Shown here: positions 26,562 to 36,182 of the stretch, one piece after another
How positions within the stretch are numbered: the stretch's first letter is position 1
Layout: each line of letters begins with the position of its first letter
NCBI GenBank assembly: GCA_049582265.1
Contig: JBAUTP010000099.1
Location: 1-43,441, forward strand
Source of the DNA: Thermoplasmata archaeon
GTDB lineage: Archaea; Thermoplasmatota; Thermoplasmata; Lutacidiplasmatales; UBA184
Reading direction: 5' to 3'
Length of the DNA: 43,441 nt
Made by a program: the position numbers and the translations under genes
The notes under the pieces: generated by a model
What the model was told of the DNA's origin: nothing
Seen by the model: only the letters and a program-made list of their open reading frames with translations
Database searches by the model: none

Positions 26562-27283
26562 GGAGTCGGCCCCGCGCCCGCCTTCCGCGCCGCTTCCTTG
26601 CGGCGCTCCGTCTCAGCGGCCACGGCAGCGTTGGCGCTTCGGATCGTACGGACCTTGGCGGCGAAGGGCTTGAGATGGTCGCCTCGAACCCCGACGATCA
26701 TCTCGCCGTCTCCCATCTCCGTGTAGATCCTCGAGCCGATGCATCCGGGGGAGATCGCGACCGACGCACCCTGGTTCAAGGTGGGGACGATCGCGCACAT
26801 GGGTCGGCCATTGATGGGGACGGGGCCCGAAGCTGCCTCCATGGCGAGCATCGCGGATTTCGGGGTAGCGAACATTAGGACCGCCGTGGGTTCCATGGGA
26901 AGAGAACCGAGCGGACCATAGGCGACGTACCGTGGAGCCTTCTCGTTCCGTGGAATGCGGCCCTCGTCACCCGGGGCAAGGTAGCCTTCGTTCTGCATCG
27001 TGCCGACCGTCGTCATGAGGCGCTGACCGACGTCCCCCTCGGGAGCGACGCCCAGGACGAACGCCCCGATCTCGCACGCTTGGTGGGCTTCGAGGTCCGC
27101 GTAGAACCCACCGCGGCGCCCCTCCGCAAAGAAGGTACAGACGGAAGGGGAATGCCCGGGATGTTCCGGGATTCCCGGAGGAGCTTGGTCCATGTACGAG
27201 ATCTGGACCGGGACGTGCGAAAGCTCGAGGTCGCGAACGAGATCGTCGGACAGTTGCTGGTATTCTCCGCTCATGGGAATCAC
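26558..27283 (-). CDS. DUF169 (COG2043) family protein
   Basis: 241 aa. The Cys pattern and overall similarity to ArCR/DUF169 proteins are judged by eye ('CTFF', 'ACEIGAFVLG', 'PMCAI', 'SPGCIGSRIY'). Confidence 0.5.
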   Translation of the reverse strand: MIPMSGEYQQLSDDLVRDLELSHVPVQISYMDQAPPGIPEHPGHSPSVCTFFAEGRRGGFYADLEAHQACEIGAFVLGVAPEGDVGQRLMTTVGTMQNEGYLAPGDEGRIPRNEKAPRYVAYGPLGSLPMEPTAVLMFATPKSAMLAMEAASGPVPINGRPMCAIVPTLNQGASVAISPGCIGSRIYTEMGDGEMIVGVRGDHLKPFAAKVRTIRSANAAVAAETERRKEAARKAGAGPTP

Positions 27284-27388
27284 GCATCCGAGCTCGGGAG
27301 CCTATAATTCGTTTATCCGAGATGATTCGGCTAGCGAGCCGCGCCGGACGACCGTCCCGGGGCGAACGCCCCATTCTACGGCTTCGTG

Positions 27389-27395
27389 TTATATA
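27389..27395 (+). promoter_or_regulatory. TATA box (TTATATA) upstream of atpK
   Basis: Located 11 nt before ATG 27406 and 35 nt before ATG 27430. The spacing favours a TSS near 27418 and the second ATG as the start. Confidence 0.4.
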
Positions 27396-27405
27396 GGGGG
27401 CCTCA

Positions 27406-27660
27406 ATGCGCGGCCGGGTAAACGGACCTATGGTCGTCGATGTCGGTTCCGCCATCCTCGCCGTCGGAGCGGGCATCGCCATCGCAGGCGGGCTCATCGG
27501 GACAGGAATGGCCCAGTCCGGGATTGGTGCGGCCGGCATGGGCATCATCGCGGAAAAGCCGGAAAAGTTCGGTCAGGTTCTCTTCTTCTTCGTGATTCCC
27601 GAGACGCTCTGGATCATCGGGTTCGTGCTGGGGATCATCCTCCTCCTCCAGATCCTCTGA
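27406..27660 (+). CDS. atpK: A-type ATP synthase proteolipid subunit K (c)
   Basis: Two-helix hairpin 'GLIGTGMAQSGIGAAGMG' ... 'FFFVIPETLWIIGFV' with the ion-binding Glu. The true start may be ATG 27430. Confidence 0.85.
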   Translation: MRGRVNGPMVVDVGSAILAVGAGIAIAGGLIGTGMAQSGIGAAGMGIIAEKPEKFGQVLFFFVIPETLWIIGFVLGIILLLQIL

Positions 27661-27676
27661 GCCCTGGGTCCGGCGC

Positions 27677-28231
27677 ATGGGCCTCGACCAGCTGGTTCAG
27701 GAAATCCAAGCGAGGGCGCAAGAGGAACTCGCCAAGGAACGCTCCCGGATCGAAGGGGAACGCGCGAACATCGCGACCGACCTTGAACAGCGGTTGGCTC
27801 TGGTTCGCGAAGAGAACGAGCGGATGGCCACCTCCGCCATCGCGCGGGAGCGGGCCCAGAAACTAGCGAGCGCTCGACTCCAGGCACGGAAGCTCATCGA
27901 TGAGGCGAGGGAGCGGGAGATGGAGGACGCGCTCGCCGAAGTGCGTAACCTCCTGGAGCAATATACCCGCACCAAGGAGTATGGCCAGCTTCTGAAGAAA
28001 ATGTACCAGTCCGCCCAAGAGGTCCTCGGCGGGCCGATCCGCATCTCGGGCCGCAAGGAGGACCAGTCGACCCTGGAATCGATCGCCGGAAAGTCCCTCT
28101 CGAAAACGCCCGCTCCGATCATGGGCGGCCTCATCGCCGAGACGCCCAACGGCGATCGCCGGCTCAACCTCTCCTTCGATGAACTGCTCCGTCTCCGCGA
28201 GGACAAGGTTCGTTCCGTCCTGATGGGGTAG
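27677..28231 (+). CDS. atpE: A-type ATP synthase subunit E
   Basis: 184 aa. Long charged N-terminal helix plus a globular C-terminal domain ('GGLIAETPNGDRRLNLSFDELL'). Positioned between K and C. Confidence 0.85.
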   Translation: MGLDQLVQEIQARAQEELAKERSRIEGERANIATDLEQRLALVREENERMATSAIARERAQKLASARLQARKLIDEAREREMEDALAEVRNLLEQYTRTKEYGQLLKKMYQSAQEVLGGPIRISGRKEDQSTLESIAGKSLSKTPAPIMGGLIAETPNGDRRLNLSFDELLRLREDKVRSVLMG

Positions 28232-28247
28232 CCGCCGGGGAGCGCCG

Positions 28248-29330
28248 ATGGCCGGGTCTCCATACGCGAGTGCGTTGGGCCGTCTCAAGGTCCAGTTCCC
28301 GTTGTTCGTGGGGCGTGAGTTTCTCAACGGTCTCTTCAGTGCCAAGGACATTGGCGAGATCACCAAACGGCTCGAGTCCACCCCGTACGGGACCGAGCTG
28401 GTGCAGGCCGCCGCCAGCTACTCCGGCGCGACCCTACTCGAGATCGCCATCAACCGCACCTTTGTCAAACGGAATCGGCTCGCCCTGGACGCGGCCCCGT
28501 TCGCCGGAAAGCCGGCGGTGGCGGCGTACTTGCGGAAGTGGGACATCCAGAACCTCGAACTGATCCTGTCGGCCAAAGCGCAGGGGCGCCCCGTCTCGGA
28601 CGCCGAACCCTTCCTCGTCTCCAGCCGCGACGTCCCCGCGGGCTTCGCCGGAGGCACGATGACGCTCGACGATTTTCGCCTCCTGCTTCAGCAGCCCACG
28701 CTCGAGGCCATCGCCCAGTCCCTCGTGCGCTTCGGGTACGGTGGCGCTCTTCTCCCGCTCATGGACCGGTATGCCCAGAGCCACGACATCTTCCCCCTCC
28801 TGGTCGCGTTGGACCGCGAGTACTACCAGCGCGTGTTCGAAGCGACTCGTTTCTTCCAGGGGGATGAAGGGGTCGTCCGCAAGTTCCTCGAGTCCGAGAT
28901 CGATGTGCGTAACCTCCTCTTGCTCCTGAAAGCGAAGGACGCCGACGTCCCGGCCGAGGAAGTGTCCCACCGGTTCATCGACGGGGGCGAGATCGCGCGC
29001 GCCCAGGTACCCGACCTCTACGGTTCACGGGGGGTTCCCGAGATCGTGAGCCGGTTCACGCCCCGGTACCCGAGCCTCGTCAACGGGAACTCAATGTACG
29101 AGGCCAACCGGTCCCTGACGGGCTACGAGGTCGCCTTGCAACGCGAACGTGCGATCGCCGAGCTCAATCGAATGAAATCCTATCCTCTCTCGCTCGCGAT
29201 CCTCTTTACGTTCCTCCTTCTGTCGGAACTCGAACGAGCGGACCTTCGACGCATCATCTACGGGAAGCTCTACGGCGTGCCCGATGAGGAACTGTCGGCG
29301 ACGCTGGTCTTGACGCAGGTGACGATCTGA
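28248..29330 (+). CDS. atpC: A-type ATP synthase subunit C
   Basis: 360 aa, all-helical, with the typical three-fold repeat ('IDVRNLLLLLKAK', 'ADLRRIIYGK'). Confidence 0.8.
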   Translation: MAGSPYASALGRLKVQFPLFVGREFLNGLFSAKDIGEITKRLESTPYGTELVQAAASYSGATLLEIAINRTFVKRNRLALDAAPFAGKPAVAAYLRKWDIQNLELILSAKAQGRPVSDAEPFLVSSRDVPAGFAGGTMTLDDFRLLLQQPTLEAIAQSLVRFGYGGALLPLMDRYAQSHDIFPLLVALDREYYQRVFEATRFFQGDEGVVRKFLESEIDVRNLLLLLKAKDADVPAEEVSHRFIDGGEIARAQVPDLYGSRGVPEIVSRFTPRYPSLVNGNSMYEANRSLTGYEVALQRERAIAELNRMKSYPLSLAILFTFLLLSELERADLRRIIYGKLYGVPDEELSATLVLTQVTI

Positions 29331-29355
29331 CGCCGTCCCGGCAGGCGCGTTCTCC

Positions 29356-31371
29356 TCAGGAGGGGGGCTTCGCTCCGAGGATCGGGGTCGGCTCCGCATG
29401 GTGCGGAATGGTATACTTCCGCATCGACCCGAACGGCCGGAAGGATCGGCCGTTTCCGGTGTAGAACTTCGAAAAGTACTCGACGAAAATGAGCCGAGCC
29501 CCTTGAATCCCGGGTTCGAACACTCCCAGGATCACGTTGAACGACTGGCCGATCACGAGGATGACCAGGCCGGCCACGAACAATCCGATGCTGCCCGAAT
29601 GGAAGAACCCGAACGAGACCTGGTTGATGACCAGCGCCAAGATCACGGAGGCCAACAGGATCCCGACCAATCGCGTGTACGAGAGGATGTGGCTCAGCAC
29701 TTCGATGAGGCCCATGGTGGCGTTCTGTATCCCTTCCCCGTAGAGCATGACGGCGAGTCCCAACGCCAGCGTGGGATAGACCCCATAGAGCGGGAGGTTG
29801 TGGGTCGGGCTGAGATAGCCGAGCCCCCCGTTCGCCTTCGAACGAAGGAGCGCGAGGCCGACCCACGTGAGTGCGATCGCGAAGGCGATCGCCCCGATCT
29901 TTCCCGCGGCCGCGCGGCGGCGATGGTGGAAGTACTCCTTGAGAGCTCCGAGGGCGAAGCCGAAGACGACCATCCCGACGCCGACGTAGCCGGCGAGGAG
30001 CAGCAGCTCGGCGACGTTGCGCGGGGCGATGAGGTCGATGCCGTGGTAGCCCGGGAACAGGCCGTGGAACACCTGGAAACCGAAGACCTCGTCATAGAAC
30101 ACCCCCAGTCCCATCGCCAGCAAGCACCCGGGAATGAGCGCATAGGCGAGCTTCTGCATCCCCGAGGGGCTCATGATGCGTTTGACGAAGTTCTTGATGC
30201 TCTTCGGGAGAACCTGCCGTCCCGGAAATCCCCGGATCATCCAGAGGCAGATGAGGAGGATCACGAGACCATAGCCGAAGTCCCCCAGCATGAACCCAAA
30301 GAAGATCGTGAACGTGAAGGCAAAGATCCAGGTAGGATCCCACTCCGTGGACTCGGGGAGCGAATAGAACCGGATGAAGAACTCGTACCACCGGATGCCT
30401 CTCGGGTTATCGAGAAGTGTCGGAGGCTCCTCCGCTGTGGGTATAGCGTAGCTGTAGGTCCGACCTTGCGTCGCCTCCGTGACCCGGCGCTCGAGAAGGT
30501 CCCGAGAACGCTGGGGAACCCACGCCTCGAGAGCGAACGTCCTCTCCGTCGCCCCAAATCGGGCGTAGACCTCGAGCTTGCGATTCTCGATCGCCAGCGC
30601 CTCTTCGAGCAGGACGACGGTGGGGTACCATTCCCGCGAGATCTCGGCGAGTCGCGTACGGATCGCGGCGAGGCGGCGGTCGATACCGGCCCTTCGCTCC
30701 TCCAGCTGGGGAAGGACCTCTTGGCGAGTTCCGGTCCACGCGGGAACGGCGATGAGCGTGACTCCGTTCTGCTGGGCGAGACGGCTGGCGGCCTCCGCCT
30801 GATCGCTACGGATCACAACAATGAACCGCACGGTTTCGTCGCTGGGCCGCGCTAGGAATTGGGACTCGCCGAGCTGGGGAACCTCCTCGCGAAGCCTTCG
30901 ATAGACCTCGGGCGATGTCTCCCCGAAGAAGGCAAAGGCGTTCTTCGCATGGAGGTACTCGTAGCGGTCGGAATAGAACGCAAAGCGGTCGAGCAATTCG
31001 AGCTGGTCGCTCACGGATTTGCGCTCGGTCGTGAGTTGGTCCGCCTCCCGGGACAGCTCGCCTACCTCCTGGTCGATCGTGACCCGTTGGGTCACTTCCA
31101 TGACATCCGAGAGCTGCGCGAACGAGCGGGGCGGTCCGGCGGAGCTCGCGGGGAGTGCGCTCCGAAGTCCCCGGAACCGGATCAGTTGCTCTCCCACGGC
31201 GCGCGCCGTTTCGCTAGGACGCTCGGGGGCGAGTACTTCGAGAGCGGCCTTGCTCAAGGGCTCGATCTGGGCGATCCCGAGGTCGTAGAGTACCGAGACA
31301 ACGAGCTCCTGGTCGCTACGGAGCCCGATGAGGCCCACCTTGACCATCGGGACGGGGCGAAGGAACGGCAC
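29356..31371 (-). CDS. atpI: A-type ATP synthase subunit I (a)
   Basis: 671 aa. Soluble coiled N-terminal half and a polytopic C-terminal half with 'LSHILSYTRLVGILLAS' (conserved Arg). Confidence 0.9.
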   Translation of the reverse strand: MPFLRPVPMVKVGLIGLRSDQELVVSVLYDLGIAQIEPLSKAALEVLAPERPSETARAVGEQLIRFRGLRSALPASSAGPPRSFAQLSDVMEVTQRVTIDQEVGELSREADQLTTERKSVSDQLELLDRFAFYSDRYEYLHAKNAFAFFGETSPEVYRRLREEVPQLGESQFLARPSDETVRFIVVIRSDQAEAASRLAQQNGVTLIAVPAWTGTRQEVLPQLEERRAGIDRRLAAIRTRLAEISREWYPTVVLLEEALAIENRKLEVYARFGATERTFALEAWVPQRSRDLLERRVTEATQGRTYSYAIPTAEEPPTLLDNPRGIRWYEFFIRFYSLPESTEWDPTWIFAFTFTIFFGFMLGDFGYGLVILLICLWMIRGFPGRQVLPKSIKNFVKRIMSPSGMQKLAYALIPGCLLAMGLGVFYDEVFGFQVFHGLFPGYHGIDLIAPRNVAELLLLAGYVGVGMVVFGFALGALKEYFHHRRRAAAGKIGAIAFAIALTWVGLALLRSKANGGLGYLSPTHNLPLYGVYPTLALGLAVMLYGEGIQNATMGLIEVLSHILSYTRLVGILLASVILALVINQVSFGFFHSGSIGLFVAGLVILVIGQSFNVILGVFEPGIQGARLIFVEYFSKFYTGNGRSFRPFGSMRKYTIPHHAEPTPILGAKPPS

Positions 31372-31373
31372 CG

Positions 31374-31760
31374 CTAGTCCCCGCTCTTACTCCCTGACCT
31401 GAATTCTCCGAAAAGTTGGTCCCAGATAGGGTCCCGTTGCGCCTCGATGTCCTTGGGGCTGCGGTGAACGATCCGGGAGGCCTCCATGGTCCCTTCGGCG
31501 AGGATGCGAGCGACCTCTGCCTCAGCCTCACGGCGCGCGGCCTCGATGGTCGCGTTTCGCAATTGCTCGGCATCCTGGCGTGCTTTCGCCACCCCGGCCT
31601 CGGCCGCGGCGCGTTGCTCGGCGAGCATGCGTTCCCCCTCCGCGCGGACTTTCTCCAGCTGCTCGTCGACCTCACCTTCGATCTGCTTGAGGCGTTTCAG
31701 TGTCGCGATCGAGCCCTCGTCGGTGGCTCCGGCCGGTACGTCGATCGGCGTCTCGGGCAT
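31374..31760 (-). CDS. atpH: A-type ATP synthase subunit H
   Basis: 128-aa charged helical protein ('EAARREAEAEVARILAEG') immediately upstream of atpI (2-nt spacer). Confidence 0.7.
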   Translation of the reverse strand: MPETPIDVPAGATDEGSIATLKRLKQIEGEVDEQLEKVRAEGERMLAEQRAAAEAGVAKARQDAEQLRNATIEAARREAEAEVARILAEGTMEASRIVHRSPKDIEAQRDPIWDQLFGEFRSGSKSGD

Positions 31761-31763
31761 TCG

Positions 31764-31895
31764 TTAGATCACTCCAAGGAACTTGAGAAGGAACAGAAGA
31801 CCGACCAAGGCTCCTACTTTCACGAAGAACGAGATCCGCATCACCCAGAGGAATCGTCGCTGGGCGGTGTTGAGATTACGCGGGTATGCCAGCAT
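31764..31895 (-). CDS. candidate 43-aa single-pass membrane peptide inside the ATP synthase operon (absent from the ORF track, below its size cut-off)
   Basis: Hand translation: MLAYPRNLNTAQRRFLWVMRISFFVKVGALVGLLFLLKFLGVI*. It fills the only sizeable gap in the operon. Its stop is 3 nt before the atpH ATG, and its ATG overlaps the atpD 3' end by 20 nt. Third codon positions are mostly G/C. Confidence 0.4.
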   Translation of the reverse strand: MLAYPRNLNTAQRRFLWVMRISFFVKVGALVGLLFLLKFLGVI

Positions 31896-32532
31896 GTTGC
31901 GCGGCCTCCTCTTCGCGCTCCATCTTGCGTTTCACGGTCTTCAGCATGGCGAACGCATCCCGTTCGAGTTCGTCGAACCGGAACTTGATGTAGCGTACGG
32001 TGGACTCGAGACGAGGAACGAGCACATTCTCGATGGCGCTCGCGCGGCGCTTCGTCTTCTCGATCTCTTTCAAGAGGCGCCGCAGGGCATTCTCCTTCTC
32101 GGCAATGTCCAGTACGACCTGATAGATCCCCTGAAAGTGGCGAACGGATTCGTTGATCGAGGTGGGTAGGTCGAGGAGCGAGGACACGCTGACGGGAGCG
32201 TAGGCAGCACCGTCGACCCGGGGCGTACGGACCCCCATCACGTTCTTCGTCGAAACCGAGACCGGCCGAATGTCGGGAAGGAGCATGGCGATGTTCTCGA
32301 GACGGGTCGGGCCTTCCATCATCTCCGCTACGCGGATCGCGGCATAGCCGGCGGCGATCCGCTTCTGGAGATTACCGCGGAGCGCCAGCGCCTGCTTCGA
32401 CAGCTGAAAAAACTCAACGATGAGCGCGGAGCGCTTCAGCTTGAGCAGGTCGAGGCCGCGCTTTGCGACTCGGATCCGTCGGCGGGTGCGGATGAGCTCG
32501 AGTCGTGTGGGGCGGATGTTCTCCTGTACCAT
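31876..32532 (-). CDS. atpD: A-type ATP synthase subunit D
   Basis: 'MVQENIRPTRLELIRTRRRIRVAKRGLDLLKLKR' is the canonical N-terminus. The start is ATG 32532, inside a longer 321-aa ORF. Confidence 0.9.
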   Translation of the reverse strand: MVQENIRPTRLELIRTRRRIRVAKRGLDLLKLKRSALIVEFFQLSKQALALRGNLQKRIAAGYAAIRVAEMMEGPTRLENIAMLLPDIRPVSVSTKNVMGVRTPRVDGAAYAPVSVSSLLDLPTSINESVRHFQGIYQVVLDIAEKENALRRLLKEIEKTKRRASAIENVLVPRLESTVRYIKFRFDELERDAFAMLKTVKRKMEREEEAAQHAGIPA

Positions 32533-32560
32533 AGGTGATCCTTCGTCCCTGCGCGCGGCG

Positions 32561-33985
32561 TCAGCCCGAGCGGCCCTTCTTGTATTTCTGAATGAACTCC
32601 GGCTTGATCCGCTTGAGCTCTCCGTCGGGAAGCTCCGACAAAATGGACCAGCCCAGCTCGAGGCTTTCGTCGATCGACCGATCCTCGTCCGGTCGCTGAT
32701 TGATGAACTCGCGCTCAAAACGGTCCGCGATCTTGAGGTAGATTCGGTCCGTGGCGCTGAGCGACTCTTCTCCCACGATAGCGGAGAGGGCGCGTTGGTC
32801 CTTTCCGGTCGCGTAGCTCGCAAAGAGCTGGTCGGCGACACCGCGGTGATCCTCCCGTGTGTGGCCCTTGCCGATACCCAGGTTCATGAGTCGCGAGAGC
32901 GAGAGCAGGACGTCAATGGGCGGGTACACCCCGCGGCGCTGGAGGTCCCGGCTGGCCACGATCTGACCCTCCGTGATGTACCCGGTCAGGTCGGGGATCG
33001 GATGCGTGATGTCGTCAGCGGGCATCGTCAGGATCGGCAGTTGGGTAATCGATCCTTTCCGGCCATGGATCTTACCGGCTCGCTCGTAGATGGTGGCAAG
33101 GTCCGTGTACATGTATCCGGGATAGCCACGCCGACCCGGCACCTCTTCCCGTGCGCTCGCGATCTCACGCAGCGCTTCGCAGTAGTTGGTCATGTCCGTG
33201 AGGACGACCAAGATGTGCATGTCGCGCTCGAAGGCCAGGAACTCCGCTGCGGTGAGTGCCATCCGAGGAGTGATGACACGCTCCATCGAGGGGTCGCTCG
33301 AGAGATTGAGGAAGACGACAGTGCGTTCGAGAGCGCCGGTTGTCTCGAACTCCTTCAGGAAGAAGTTCGCTTCTTCGCTCGTGATCCCCATGGCAGCGAA
33401 GACCACGGCAAAACTGTCGGAGGAGTTTCGCAGCTTTGCCTGGCGCACGATCTGCGCGGCGAGTTGGTTGTGAGGAAGTCCTGCGGCGCTGAAGATCGGA
33501 AGCTTTTGCCCTCGAACGAGGGTGTTCATCACGTCGATGTTCGAGAGCCCGGTCTGGATGAACTCGCTCGGTTCCTCTCGTGAGTACGGATTCATCGCGT
33601 TGCCGACGATCTCGAGCTGGGTGTCGGAGACGATGCGCGGTCCGCCGTCGTGAGGTTCGCCGAGCCCGGTGAACACACGTCCCAGCATCGCGTCCGAAAC
33701 GGGAAGGCGAGCCACCTCGCCCAGGAACTTGACCGAGGTTTCCTCGACGTTCATCCCCATGGTGGGTCCGAACACCTGGACGATGGCGAGCCCCTTGCGG
33801 GAATCGAGCACCTGCCCCTGCCGACGGGTGCCATCGGGCGACGTGATCTCGACGATCTCGCCGTAAGCGGCTCGATCGACGTCACGAACGAAGACGAGAG
33901 GGCCCGAAACGCGATCGATCGTCCGATAATCGATCGGGATGCTGAATCTTCGGTTGGACCGGGTCGCCGCTTTGGCTTGTGCCAT
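32561..33985 (-). CDS. atpB: A-type ATP synthase subunit B
   Basis: 474 aa. '[15 protein letters not shown]', '[15 protein letters not shown]', '[20 protein letters not shown]'. Confidence 0.95.
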   Translation of the reverse strand: MAQAKAATRSNRRFSIPIDYRTIDRVSGPLVFVRDVDRAAYGEIVEITSPDGTRRQGQVLDSRKGLAIVQVFGPTMGMNVEETSVKFLGEVARLPVSDAMLGRVFTGLGEPHDGGPRIVSDTQLEIVGNAMNPYSREEPSEFIQTGLSNIDVMNTLVRGQKLPIFSAAGLPHNQLAAQIVRQAKLRNSSDSFAVVFAAMGITSEEANFFLKEFETTGALERTVVFLNLSSDPSMERVITPRMALTAAEFLAFERDMHILVVLTDMTNYCEALREIASAREEVPGRRGYPGYMYTDLATIYERAGKIHGRKGSITQLPILTMPADDITHPIPDLTGYITEGQIVASRDLQRRGVYPPIDVLLSLSRLMNLGIGKGHTREDHRGVADQLFASYATGKDQRALSAIVGEESLSATDRIYLKIADRFEREFINQRPDEDRSIDESLELGWSILSELPDGELKRIKPEFIQKYKKGRSG

Positions 33986-35743
33986 TTACGTTCCTCCCGT
34001 GGCGAGGCCCTCGACCGCCTTCGTCGTTTCGGAGGCAAGGTCATCGAACGACGTCGCCAGGTCCTTTTCCGGAATCGATTTCATTCGTGAAAGACGCGTG
34101 CGGACCGGAAGTTGCGCGAGCTGGCCCACGCTCGCCCCTTTCTCAATCGCCGCTTGCTCCTCCCGACCGAATTGGAGGATCGTGCGGAGCATGCGATACT
34201 GCTTCTGGATGGACGTGTAGGTATCCACGTCATCGTACGCGCTCTGCTGGAGGTAGTCCTCGCGAAGCATCCGTGCGACGTCGAGGATCGCCTTCTCACG
34301 CTCGGGTAACGCGTCCACGCCAACGAGCTGAACGATCTCTTGCAACTCGGACTCCTTCTGCAGGGTCTCGAGAGCTTGCTGACGCAGTTCGGCCCAGTCC
34401 TTCGCGACCTCGGCGTCGTAGTAGGCATCGAGGTCCGGGCCATAGAGCGAGTAGCTCTGCAACCAGTTGATGGACGGGAAGTGCCGCCTCGATGCGAGCG
34501 CCGCATCCAGCGCCCAGAAAACGCGCGTCACACGGAGCGTGTTCTGCGAAACCGGCTCCGAGAAATCGCCGCCCGGAGGCGACACGGCACCGACCACGGT
34601 GACCGAGCCTTGTCGGCCTTCCGGGGAGCGGGTGATCACTCGGCCGGCCCGCTCGTAGAATTCCGCGATACGACGACCGAGGTAGGCGGGATACCCTTCC
34701 TCCCCCGGCATCTCCTCGAGGCGGCCGGAGATTTCGCGCATCGCTTCGGCCCATCGGGAGGTGGAGTCCGCCATGAGTGCCACATCGTATCCCATGTCCC
34801 TGTAGTACTCGGCGAGAGTAATTCCGGTGTATACGCTGGCTTCTCGTGCCGCGACTGGCATGTTGGATGTGTTCGCGATCAGGATCGTGCGCTCGAGCAG
34901 AGGACGGCCGGTCTTCGGATCCTGAAGATTCGGGAACGTTGCCAACACCTCGGTCATCTCGTTGCCGCGCTCACCGCACCCGACGTACACGACCACATCA
35001 GAGTTCGCCCATTTCGCAAGCTGTTGCTGAGCCACCGTCTTTCCGGATCCGAAGGGTCCCGGAATGCAGGCCGTACCGCCTTTCGCTATGGGGAAGAACG
35101 TGTCGATGACTCGTTGACCGGTGATTAAGGGAATCGTAGGCGCCAGTTTTTGCTTCACCGGGCGCGGAATGCGGACCACCCAACGATGCGCCAGGTAGAG
35201 TGGTTCCGTGCCGCTCGCCGTTTTGACCTCACCAATGGGTTCGCGGATCGTGAAGGCCCCGCTCGCGATGCGCGTGAGGGTTCCCTCGATACCGGGAGGC
35301 ACCATGATCTTGTGCAGAATGAGCGGAGTTTCTTGGACCGTGCCCAGGATCGAACCGCCGCTGACGTCCGTGTCCTGTCGTGCCGTGGCAGTGAAGTCCC
35401 AGCGCGCTTTTTCATTGAGAGCAGGCGCGACGAAGCCACGAGTGATGAAATCGCCCAGGTTCTCCTTGAGGACATTGAGTGGGCGCTGGATCCCATCGTA
35501 GATCGATTTCAAAAGACCCGGTCCCAACTCAACACTCAGGGCCTGACCCGTGTTCTCGACCGGGTCGCCGGGACGAACCCCCGTCGTGTCTTCGTAGACC
35601 TGGACCGTTGCGCTATCGCCGACCAACTTGATGATCTCGCCGAGGAGTCCGAGCTCGCCCACCCGGACGATGTCGAACATCTTCGCTCCGGTCAAGCCTT
35701 CTGCCGTGACCACGGGACCCGATACGCGACCCACGGTTCCCAT
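33986..35743 (-). CDS. atpA: A-type ATP synthase catalytic subunit A
   Basis: 'GPFGSGKTV' Walker A, 'ADSTSRWAEAMREIS', 'PGEEGYPAYL'. Start at ATG 35743 (MGTVGRVSGPVV). 585 aa, so no intein. Confidence 0.95.
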   Translation of the reverse strand: MGTVGRVSGPVVTAEGLTGAKMFDIVRVGELGLLGEIIKLVGDSATVQVYEDTTGVRPGDPVENTGQALSVELGPGLLKSIYDGIQRPLNVLKENLGDFITRGFVAPALNEKARWDFTATARQDTDVSGGSILGTVQETPLILHKIMVPPGIEGTLTRIASGAFTIREPIGEVKTASGTEPLYLAHRWVVRIPRPVKQKLAPTIPLITGQRVIDTFFPIAKGGTACIPGPFGSGKTVAQQQLAKWANSDVVVYVGCGERGNEMTEVLATFPNLQDPKTGRPLLERTILIANTSNMPVAAREASVYTGITLAEYYRDMGYDVALMADSTSRWAEAMREISGRLEEMPGEEGYPAYLGRRIAEFYERAGRVITRSPEGRQGSVTVVGAVSPPGGDFSEPVSQNTLRVTRVFWALDAALASRRHFPSINWLQSYSLYGPDLDAYYDAEVAKDWAELRQQALETLQKESELQEIVQLVGVDALPEREKAILDVARMLREDYLQQSAYDDVDTYTSIQKQYRMLRTILQFGREEQAAIEKGASVGQLAQLPVRTRLSRMKSIPEKDLATSFDDLASETTKAVEGLATGGT

Positions 35744-35750
35744 CGTTACC

Positions 35751-36107
35751 TCAGCTCGGTACCTTGAGGGACACGCCGAGGACGCGCTTCGCAAGCGCCT
35801 CGATGCTCTCGACCTCGGGAGCTCCCGTCGGTCCTGGAACGAAGACCACCAAGGGTCGGAGGGTGGCTTCGGCCAATGCTCGTTGGCCGTCGCTCAATTG
35901 TTGGCGCACGGAATGGCTCGCGATAACGAGATTGAACTCACCGGAACTCATCACGCGCTGGAACTCAGCGGAGGCGGACTGTGGGGTGACTTCCACCACG
36001 TCCTTGAGCCCGATCAGTCGAAACCCGATGGCGAGCTCCCGCTCACCGAGTACGACAGTACGACCAGCGTCGAGCCCGGGGTCCGGCACGGCATGGCCGG
36101 CGGCCAC
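35751..36107 (-). CDS. atpF: A-type ATP synthase subunit F
   Basis: 'VVLGERELAIGFRLIGL' and its position upstream of atpA. The in-frame GTG at 36089 fits a leaderless start better. Confidence 0.8.
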   Translation of the reverse strand: MAAGHAVPDPGLDAGRTVVLGERELAIGFRLIGLKDVVEVTPQSASAEFQRVMSSGEFNLVIASHSVRQQLSDGQRALAEATLRPLVVFVPGPTGAPEVESIEALAKRVLGVSLKVPS

Positions 36108-36113
36108 TTATTC

Positions 36114-36120
36114 TATTTAA
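36114..36120 (-). promoter_or_regulatory. TATA box (minus strand TTAAATA) for the atpFABD-H-I transcription unit
   Basis: Its centre lies about 26-28 nt upstream of GTG 36089. Confidence 0.4.
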
Positions 36121-36182
36121 CACCTGCCCGGCGCTGTCGCGAATTGTACGACGGTGGAGCTGGGAAGGGAGGGTTACGACCT

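Noticed and set aside
29398-30855. 485-aa ORF on the plus strand (similar cases at 32420..33583, 34340..35128 and 35628..36503)
   Set aside because: These are antisense to atpI, atpB, atpA and atpF, all of which are confidently identified. Their charged, low-complexity translations are typical of shadow frames in high-GC DNA.
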